Shown here piece by piece: positions 56,101 through 64,000 of a DNA stretch of 64,000 bases. How positions within the stretch are numbered: position 1 is the first letter of the stretch; each line of letters opens with the position of its first letter. A program made the translations under genes and the position numbers. The stretch lies in contig CM082597.2 of the NCBI GenBank assembly GCA_040954595.2, forward strand, positions 7,770,343 through 7,834,342. Direction: 5' to 3'. Under the pieces are notes generated by a model, which was not told the origin of the DNA, ran no database searches, and worked only from the letters and a program-made list of their open reading frames with translations. Origin of the DNA: Balanoglossus misakiensis (taxonomy: Eukaryota; Animalia; Hemichordata).

Positions 56101-59100
56101 GAAACCTCGGGTAAAGAACCATGCATAGTCGGGTGCTAATTAAAGATTTTAAGGGGTTTTGTGTGTTTATACATGAAGTTGCTCTCCCGTCTGAAATTAG
56201 CAAACATCCAGGGTTTCTGACGGATAACGTCTTCCGAATCTTTGGCGCTTTGTAATCTGGTAGATTTTCACGTTGATCAGCTCTATACTGGTACATGCAC
56301 CAGTATGAGGGTATATTAGTGGGAAAATCCCAGCCATGCAATGTGATTTTGGTGCGTGATTGACCCTTTTCCATGCACCTTACTGATTGATACCGCTTTG
56401 GTCCAGATTCACGACTGCAATTCGAGCTGGATTCAGGTTCCAAGGAACAGAGCGTGTCGTCATTGGAGGCGGTGATGAAGTGTGGCTCTACGTCAACGGA
56501 GTGTTGCTGCTCCAAGTCCATACCGATGCCCTGGCCAATGATGTTACCTGCAAAGAAATCAATCTGGCCAATGCCCTCGGTAAGTGTCTTGTGTGTGTGA
56601 TCAGAACTACCCTTCCCTGTACATCCACCTTGATCTGCAATGAGAATTGGTTTCTCAGGAATGTACACTGACAGAACCAATACATTTTTCAAGGTCTAGG
56701 TTTTACTGTTGCCGCACTTGTATTGGGTATGTGTTCAGTAATTGAGCCTACCAATACCATTTGGTGTACTGAATCCAAATACCAGATGTGAATGTGTGCA
56801 TAATTGGTTACCATGACTGTGTCAATTGGAACAGTTCTTATATTTGCAGCATCCTCTTCTTGACCACACTGTTGCATTGATTGTATTGAATAATTACTTC
56901 ATTAATTGCAATAGGCTTCGCACTGACCACTAATGCATGCAAACATTTACGTTTCTTCCCTATTCCATGTTTTCTTGGCAGGCAGCAGCAAGCTTGTTCC
57001 CAAACAGGGCACTGTTGTGGGTGACAAATGCATCGTCATGGAAACATTGACTAATCAGAGCGTCAGCCTGCAATTGGAGGTAAAAACAAACAATCATAAT
57101 ACTTGTCTCACAAATACCAGAAACTAATGATTATAACGATAATGATTGTTAAATTTCACTGTTATTGTAGGTTGAATTTCTATATACGCTCCTCTGTGAG
57201 GAACTTTGAAATCACCTGACTGTCAAAATAACTCGGTTTGGTTGCAGACAGGCAATGTGTACCACTTTGACATATTCTTGGTGGAGCGCGAAGGCTGCAG
57301 CTCAGCGTTTTACATGGAGACTCAGGAAGTGGCGTTTGTTGATTCTGACGTGGAACCACCCCTGGACTACCTGAGTCTGCCCGATGAAGATCTGTTCATA
57401 GATGCTGTGCTGGAGACGTTGAACCTCACCGATGCTTTTTCTACCGGTCCCAGTTACAATGTCACCATCACTGAAGGTACTAAGTATTAAGTGTACGGTA
57501 TATTTACCATTTGTGTGGTACAGAGCATCCGTAAAATATGACCGTTCAGTTCTAGCTGGATCGAGATAATAATTGTGTAGTTGTCTTGTTGTACACATGG
57601 GCCCTTTTCTAGAAAACATCTGCATGGTTGGGGCAATTTGATATGATGCAGGTCCTTTGCAAGTTCCTTTAAACTTGTATTATGTTAAATATATCAGAGC
57701 AGGTGTATTTTGACAACATGCAGAGCGAGGGTATGAAATATGGCAAGGAGAAAGAGGCAGAGGGAGATTCATTCTAGGGATTATTAGATGCAATTATGTT
57801 ACACTGATGTAGATACTTGAAAATTTCACCAAAGTATCCAAATGTTACCAAATTAACCAGCTGATACCACCATGGTAACTGAATAACCACCATTGTGACT
57901 TTCCAGGGAATGAAGCCAGGCATTTCACCATCAAGGACGACACTATTCCCAACAGAGAAGCTGGTGAACCACGAACGACCACATCACCACCACTGACAGA
58001 CACTGTCAATGGAACTACTTTCTACCTCTGCACTGGCCCATCAGTTGTCTGTAAGTAGTAGCCAGTCGATAGTTCTTTACTTTGATTCCAGTTGAAAATG
58101 ACCCATCACAGAAAGTTGTCCCAGTGTCAAGCAGAACTTACTGTTGGATTTAAAAAAAGATTCATAAATTTCATAAAGACTCATCTTAACAGTTAGTTTA
58201 GCATGTCTGCTGCTCGCCAAAATTGGGAAATTTTCCAATTGTGTTCAGATTTCATGGCAGTTTCGGCCTTAATCCTATCATCTTAATCTTGTGTCATGGT
58301 TACTGTAGCAACTGAGCCATCGGTCTTTGGGGATCAGGAGTTCGCCATTACCAATGATACAGCATTGTTTACCCTGGATACAGGCCTGGATTATGAAACA
58401 ACAACTGAGTACATAGTGGTGATCAGAGTGATTGACACCAATGCTTCTCCAGCCCTGACAGGACAAATCGTTGTCAAGGTAGGTGCCAGAAGGTCACTGA
58501 TAGGTAAAAGGTTAGATGGTGAGGTTTAAAGTTATACAGGGGTTATAGTGATACTTTGAGGATTTATTAAAATTGGGTGTTCCAATTGTACATTTTAAAT
58601 GAGAGAGCAAAATTGTCTCATATCTGAAATTCAAAATGGCAGCTCGTCCATATGTTAACTTTATGGATAAAGTGTTTTTTTCTCTGAAACAAGTTGGTGA
58701 ACACTCGCGATGTTCTTTGATTTTAAAAAGACACCTCGCACATTACTTCAATATAGCAAAGTACGTTCATCTATAGCTGTCTTAAATCCTACATGACTGA
58801 GTGTCACATACTCTGTTTTTTGGATTCCATGAAACAGGTCCAAGTTCAAGACATAAATGACAACTGTCCTGTGCTAAGCAACTCCACCATCAGACTCTAT
58901 CCGCAGCCAGTGTTGCAGTTTGGTCCTATCATTGAAATCAATGCCACTGACCTGGACTCTGGGCCAGGTGGGCAGATCACCTACCATGTATCAGAGTTCA
59001 TCGAGCGGTATGTCTCATTTTCTTGACAAGATTAAAAATTCAAGCCAGAAAACTTATTTTTTCCTTATTTATTTTTCATACAAATTTTCACTGTCATCAA

Positions 59101-62100
59101 AGAAATGTAAAAAATCAAAAGCTGTCACTGACAGTGTCACCCTGTATCTTTATGAAAATGAAATTTTTGTTAACTTTTCAAAATTTGTTGTTCACCAGGA
59201 AAATTCTTTCGATCTTGGCCAGACTATGCCAGTCAGCAATTCTGTCACAAAGCTAAATTCGCCCAAACCAAAAACTTACCGACCATCTTATCCCATTGAT
59301 TTTTTTTAGTTACCACAGCAACGACACCAGCATCTTGGAGTTCACCCTGGCAGCCATAGACGGTGGCACGCCCACAAAAGGTGGCACTGCCACTGTGGAG
59401 ATGGTCCTGCACAACAGTTGCCTGTACGACACCAGGGAGTGGCCCATTGACGTCGAGGTGTTCACAGGCTTCACATCTGGCGAAGTCTACCTCAGGGTAC
59501 CCAAGTACTACATGCAGGAGTTTTGTAAGTTATTAGCCACGTCAGTTAAGATTTTTTTGTCATCAGATGCGTTACAACTAGGACAGAAACTAGAACGCAA
59601 GAAAACAAGCTTACCTAGTCATTGAGTTAATATCATACAATATGTCTGGGTTAATCCATTATTACAGAATTTGGAAATTTATTGCTTGTATTTTATTACT
59701 TTGACGGAAAATCATATTTGCCTTTATACATTGGAATGCATTCATAGTCATAATCCTCTTAAAATTAAGTTTCTTACAAGAGGAAGGTTATCAACCACCC
59801 GTTTTCTCAGATTCTTTTGCCTAGGAAACATCTTCATTTTAAGTAATTGAAGTTACAGTCCAATGGACAATGATTAAACTTTACCAAAATGGCCCCAGAG
59901 ATTTTGACATTTTCAGTGTTCATTTTACAAGATATGATGCGCTTTCTCTTCAGCGTGTCAGATGGAGCTTGGAATGAGAACGTACGTGATCCGTGACGAG
60001 CAGTTAGATGCGTCCTCTGAACTCAATAGCGAGTTTGGCACACACAGAGCAAGGCTTACCATCACCCGGGACGATACCATACCGGCTGGGACAGGTGAGA
60101 GACCGACTAGACATTATACAGACTCTCTGATTTGTCAAATAGACTATCTGATTAGTCTGCAGAAGTGATACACTGGATTTGTATGTGGTGTGCCCAGTCA
60201 GATCAGACCAATTGAGATACATTTGCTGTTATGGTCAAATGAGAAACCCACAGGTCGATCATCAAATACATCGGAAGTTTAAGCAAAAATAACTGTGTAA
60301 GTGTCAAATATTTTGAATGTCACTTAACAAACTCATTCTATGTAACTTGTATACACAGTAATGTTGATATGTCAGAAGTTGAGGATGCATCTAGGGTATA
60401 TAATCGCCATTATCTAGTATCGCATGTGATACTTTCAATCCTGATTTTCAATTTCAAAAATAAGCAATTGAATTGCAGTAGGTCAGTTACAACTACAGTC
60501 AAATCAAACTAAAGATTATTATTCAATTCACAAAACACACCTGGGCCAACACATTGACCACTGAAGAACTGTTGATCTCTGTTGAACGCTGGTCTTCACC
60601 ACTTAGGTTGGGTGCCAGCGACATCGGACAGTAGTCAGTGGTTGCTGATCAAAATGAATGAGCTACACATCTTCACTGGCGTTGTAACCCAGGGCAACCC
60701 AGACAAGAACTTCTGGGTGGAAACCTACAAAGTCCAGTACAGTGGTGATAATTCCACATGGCAGACAGTGCAGAGTGGCGGATCTGATGCTGTGAGTTGA
60801 TGTTACTTACTTTCGTTTTCAGGAAAAAGGGAGATAAAGTGTCAGGATTATTTTTTTAATGATAATCAGTTTACTTCCTCCTGGAATTTTCCTCAAAGTT
60901 GCTCATTTTCACATTTCCTCTCAGTGCAATCAACACTAGGTCTTGCATTCATTGTAACTTCTCAGATTTCCTTAAAAGATGACGAATTCGAATCATGAAT
61001 ATTTATAAGGTTCCGGCTGATTCGTCAAAACTAGAGGGCTTGCAAAAAACATATCAGCAGTGGTCAAACCATTCAAACGTATATTTTTCAAACTTTTGTT
61101 CAAAACCCTAGTGACCTCTAGTGTTCATACAAAGCTGTGACAGAATAATCGGTGTCTTAAATTACCAGCAAAACAGATAACTCACAATCCTTGGTCCATT
61201 TCAATGTAATTTAATTTTCAGGTTTTTACCGGTAACGCTGACAGTAACGGATATAAAAGAAATATTTTCGAGTCACCAGTGACGGGACAATACATCCGCA
61301 TCCTTCCACAAACGTGGAATGGCGGTATTGGATTGCGACTGGAAATTATTGGATGTACCCCGGCCAGACAACTGCTACGTAAGTTTATCATGTTAACCCT
61401 TGATCTCTTGGAGACCTTTTGGTGACAAATGTGTATGACGTCATCAGAAAGCTTTCTTCCAAACCAGATTCACTGGGGCTATCATACATGGATTATTTCC
61501 TATCATACTTTTGAAATTGTATTGGTGTCAGAGATACTAGTTGTCCATGTGGTGTCATGATTCTTGCATGAAGTCATGTTTTTGATACATGTTTTACTAT
61601 ACTATGTGAAACGTGGCTGCTTTTTCAAGGCTGTTTCACAAAAAAGAAATAGTTTTGAGTTTTGCTATTGCATTATGGAGTAGCATTTATGAAGTTCCCA
61701 TGTACCGGTACATTAACTTCTCGCATTTGCTTAAGGTTAAATCTATGATGCAGGATAGATAAGATACATTCAGCTTGTATACCTCTGTATTTTAATTTTT
61801 TACTTCTTCATTACGGGAAGCCTCCATTAAAACTACTTCACTTGGTACCCGACTTGGCAATTGTCTAGTTGGGTCACTTAATATGCAAGATGACCTGTAA
61901 TCTGTGTAATTTTGTTATTATTTTGTTATTTCACACTTCCTTGTGCTTGGTGGGTGACACACTTTACACATCTGTTTGTTGCATGTGTGGCACTATTTTC
62001 TATTTACTTTTTAATCCCATCAAATATTTCAATATGATTAATCCCTTGATAACTAAGTGAGGAAGTGCGGTCCTAACTTTTAATGGAGCTGTCCTAACTT

Positions 62101-63517
62101 TTAAAGGAGCTTTCCCGTCATATTTATTGCTACTAGTAATTTTTTTGTTTAGGATAAAAAAGTATACTGGTATACCGGTATTGTTGAGTTCTCATTGAGG
62201 TCTTTCTGTCGGCGCAGCTACTTGGGCACCCTATTAATTAATTCGAATGTTGAACTATGACCTATTTCAGGCTACACTGAATGTATGAGATGTGAGACTA
62301 GCTTCTATTGTCTTGGAGATGGGATACAGCGTCCGTGTGGGCGGTGTGATCCTCCCGACACCAACTGCGACAGGTCGCCTAGTGAACACTCCTTTGGACA
62401 TGCTTCTGAATGCAGCCCTTGTCCTGTTGGTTGGGTAAATCAAACAATTCAAAGCAAGGAACCATTTTTCCAACCAAAAAATCTTCACATGGTCATGTAT
62501 GAAACATATATAAGTGTACCTTTTCGTAGGAATTTGACAAAGAATAGTTATTCGTGACACATATGTCACAGTTCAGAATAGGGAAAGTATAAAATTAATG
62601 TAAGAAATAGTCAGTAACTCTGAAATTTGACATTATTATAATGTAACATGTAATTGTTGAAAGTGAAAACTGAAATGATTCTGGGAAACTTTAGATGGCC
62701 ACTAGGGACTAAATCTTAAATTGTCTCTTCCTCCAGTTAAAAACTGAAATTTAAAGCTATTTTTTGCACACACAAAATCGTAGTCTTTTGATAGTATACT
62801 TATTGTCTAAACTCCTGTTGTCGTATCTCTAGCTATGTGCAGACGGATATGCCACCAAGTGTCCCCTGTACCACCATGCACATTGCAGCGACTCGTCTCC
62901 GTGTCCAACAAACTGTACTCTCTGTGAAGCGGGTACGGCGTGTTTTAACGGTGTGCCAAGTGTGTGTGGACTGGGATCATACTCCAGGGGCTACGACTCA
63001 GGTATGGACACTGGCCGATGTGCGGCTGTTGTTGTTCTGATATGTACAGTTTATTGTAAGTAGTCCAATTCAAATTCTGTGGACATTTCAATGTAATTTC
63101 TAGAATATGTAGAATATCAGTACAGTAATAAGTACAGATATTGTGCATATTGATGTCATTTAATGGTAAAGTAAATTTAATGTTCTGTGGCTTTAGAATG
63201 ACTCGTCAAAGAACAAAGGCAGATCCTTACAACAGCAAGTAAACGCTTTCTGCTTGGACACACACAGCTTCAGAACAACCCCCTTCAGTGTGCAGCATTG
63301 TGCATCTCCATTGATTTTCCATTTTTCTGTTCATCAGAACACTGTATCCTGTGTGAGCCCGGTTCCTTCAACAACCTGACAGCTCAGCCGGAATGCCAGT
63401 GTTGTCCCTCAGGCTACACCAGCACCAAATCCAAAGTGGAGTGCGCCCCCTGTGAGCCGCATGAGTGGTCCGCTGGCGACTGTACTCTGTGTCAGCCATG
63501 TGCGAATATTGGAGACT
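19684..63517 (+). CDS. Large multi-exon secreted/cell-surface protein: SP-LRRNT-~40 LRR-LRRCT-FN3-PA14(fibro-slime)-cadherin x2-F5/8C-Cys-rich; 3' end lies outside the window
   Basis: About 53 GT-AG exons that join in compatible phase by manual translation; details are in the segment features. Some exons may have been missed. Confidence 0.85.
19885..20168. mobile_element. Complete 284-bp Zator-type MITE inserted into the head of a Helentron-like element
   Basis: TTA|GGCCAAAATAAAAAAATTTGTGCTGTTCCGATTAC ... GTAATCGGAACAGCACGTATTATTTTTTGGCC|TTA. Removing it restores GGACCTTATGGGATCGGTTGCGTCTG, similar to 14374-14400. Confidence 0.85.
21498..21927. mobile_element. Two adjacent palindromic non-autonomous elements (unclassified, possibly Crypton-like)
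   Basis: AGGTTATTACGAAAATAC...GTATTTTCGTAATAACCT (21499-21613) and TTATTATACATCT...AGATGTATAATAA (21616-21926). Confidence 0.6.
22104..34581 (+). CDS. LRR exons, first block (all phase 2-2)
   Basis: Exons 22104-22178, 22290-22361, 22618-22683, 23314-23391, 23852-23920, 24569-24640, 25285-25362, 26098-26169, 26899-26970, 28892-28963, 29445-29531, 29905-29982, 30492-30626, 31336-31485, 31605-31682, 32092-32229, 33031-33174, 33381-33596, 34510-34581. Examples: DLSKNDIPRFPTSALENMNNLIFL; SLSNNVITHIPDSAFDNCKSLNSL. Confidence 0.9.
23024..23171. repeat. (AAAT)n and (TTTC)n microsatellites
   Basis: Seen directly at ~23024-23070 and ~23124-23170. Confidence 0.95.
25428..25825. mobile_element. Palindrome-containing interspersed repeat
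   Basis: GAAATAA..GAC..CGCCCTGACCATAAA(T/C)GTTT..TTATGGGC (25655-25700) is inverted at 25775-25822. Confidence 0.55.
26199..26531. mobile_element. MITE with AGGGAC termini and (C/T)TAA flanks (Kolobok-like)
   Basis: CTAA|AGGGACAAAGTCTCTC ... GAGAGACTTGTCCCT|TTAA, with long internal inverted arms. Confidence 0.75.
27213..27602. mobile_element. Complete palindromic MITE with a 9-bp TSD
   Basis: TAGTCTAGTA...TACTAGACTA with long inverted arms. TGACGCCAA is repeated at 27204-27212 and 27603-27611. Confidence 0.9.
32259..32566. mobile_element. Old TTAA-type MITE (Kolobok-like); related fragments at ~29590 and ~32590-32905
   Basis: TTAA|AGGGATATTAGCTGTAACT ... AGTTACAGCTAATGGAGCT|TCAA. Confidence 0.5.
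34600..37510 (+). repeat. Tandem repeat of ~500-640 bp units, each an intron plus a 69-bp LRR exon
   Basis: Intronic blocks (TCACAATATTTGTA, AATCCAAATGGCTGCCAAACT, GTAAGTCATAAAAT) recur with each exon copy. Confidence 0.95.
34966..42186 (+). CDS. LRR exons, second block
   Basis: Exons 34966-35034, 35573-35641, 36145-36213, 36789-36857, 37290-37358, 37970-38038, 38454-38525, 39148-39216, 39542-39682, 39894-40034, 40520-40591, 41288-41359, 41678-41743, 42109-42186. Example: YLDNNQLRKLPAGIFDGLRYLWTL. Confidence 0.9.
42541..43706 (+). CDS. LRRCT, FN3 domain and start of the PA14 domain (exons 42541-42728, 42920-43034, 43446-43706)
   Basis: NLGTNPLGCDCE...GKCATPP (LRRCT); ANVTASSPTMNELMVSWHAP...YEVTC...NLQAGTQYICAV (FN3); LPITYYDF. 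Confidence 0.85.
44177..54995 (-). mobile_element. Intronic cluster of non-autonomous Helentron/DINE-1-like elements (7 bodies of ~1.4-1.7 kb, 6 heads)
   Basis: Tails AGCTGCAAGCAGC..GGGCCCAAGC at ~44181, 45604, 47036, 48457, 50134, 52015, 53453. Each body ends in a GAAA/GAA microsatellite. Hairpin heads GGGCCCAAGC..GCTTGGGCCC at ~51802, 51853, 51914, 51968, 54905, 54959. The subTIR/IR, microsatellite, central repeats, subTIR, stem-loop layout is that of DINE-1/HINE elements. Confidence 0.75.
55246..57476 (+). CDS. PA14 / fibro-slime domain exons (55246-55461, 56021-56110, 56407-56579, 56982-57079, 57248-57476)
   Basis: Spliced motifs YDFSLTHPDF, FSDWFRDV, YWPVDGKGY, FRFQGTERVVIGGGDEVWLYVNGVL and LETGNVYHFDIFLVER follow the order of the Dictyostelium PsiA / fibro-slime PA14 family. 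Confidence 0.8.
57907..59524 (+). CDS. Cadherin-like repeats (exons 57907-58050, 58309-58478, 58838-59007, 59310-59524)
   Basis: LDYE, VQVQDINDNCP, INATDLDSGPGGQITY and AAIDGGTP are cadherin calcium-binding motifs. Confidence 0.9.
59954..61378 (+). CDS. F5/8 type C (discoidin) domain (exons 59954-60094, 60607-60791, 61222-61378)
   Basis: CQMELGM..IRDEQLDASS; GWVP..SSQWLLI..FTGVVTQG..WVETYKVQYS; FTGN..QYIRILPQTWNGGIGLRLEIIGC. Confidence 0.92.
62271..63517 (+). CDS. Cys-rich TNFR / ephrin-receptor-like repeats (exons 62271-62434, 62833-63001, 63338-63517)
   Basis: CSPCPVGW, CTLCEAGTAC and CILCEPGSFNNLTAQPECQCCPSGYTS. The last exon ends in a GTAAGT donor, so the gene continues. Confidence 0.85.
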
Positions 63518-63596
63518 GTAAGTCATACAGTATTAATTGGCGTTAAATGGACAGTGGTTGGAACTTTTGACCTTTTTTACTGGAGGATAGCTAGTA

Positions 63597-63778
63597 CAGT
63601 GAGACCTCTTTATACGGACACATCTCTAATCAGAACACCTAAGTAAGGACGGAATTTTCAAGGCAAAAGTCATGGTTTCTATAGAATATATCCTGTCTAT
63701 TAAGAATACCACTCTATTAAAGAAAGATTTTAACAAGTCCAACAGCTGTCCTTTAATAATCATAGACAGGTTTTACTG
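63597..63778. mobile_element. Tc1/mariner-like MITE, followed by a second degenerate MITE (~63784-63991)
   Basis: TA|CAGTGAGACCTCT ... GACAGGTTTTACTG|TA. Confidence 0.55.
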
Positions 63779-64000
63779 TATGTACTGTTAAACAGAGTAT
63801 TTTCACAAGCAATAAATTTCCGCGAAATGCGCGAGAGCCCAAAAAAACGTGAAGATAAAAATGTTTTTCGGAGATAACGATGCAGTTAGTGAAATACGGG
63901 AACGCGATAATTAATCCTCGCATAACAGTTGCCTCTTTCGATATCGCAAAAATTTCATGTCACGAAAATAACCTGTTTGACATTTACTGTATCTTCCTAA

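Noticed and set aside
56087-56692. 201-aa minus-strand ORF
   Set aside because: It is the antisense shadow of a PA14 exon plus intron, with no independent motif.

Overview
AT-rich, intron-rich animal DNA (a marine invertebrate is my inference), not prokaryotic; most of the supplied ORF track is noise. Three main structures. (1) An 8.5-kb Zator-type DNA transposon (4010-12526, GG..CC TIRs, TTA TSD). It has a spliced but mutated transposase gene and a second, divergently oriented spliced gene with an N-terminal SAM-like domain. (2) A very large plus-strand multi-exon gene (ATG 19684, running off the right edge), reconstructed by hand from GT-AG exons: signal peptide, LRRNT, about 40 LRRs on symmetric phase-2 exons, LRRCT, FN3, PA14/fibro-slime, two cadherin-like repeats, F5/8-type C, Cys-rich repeats. 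It includes a recent tandem amplification of one LRR exon plus its intron. (3) An ~10.8-kb intronic cluster of non-autonomous Helentron/DINE-1-like elements (44177-54995), with 5' heads stacked apart from their bodies, suggesting nested self-insertion. The rest is MITEs, a LINE 5' fragment, a possible solo LTR and microsatellites. All calls are by eye; no database search was run.
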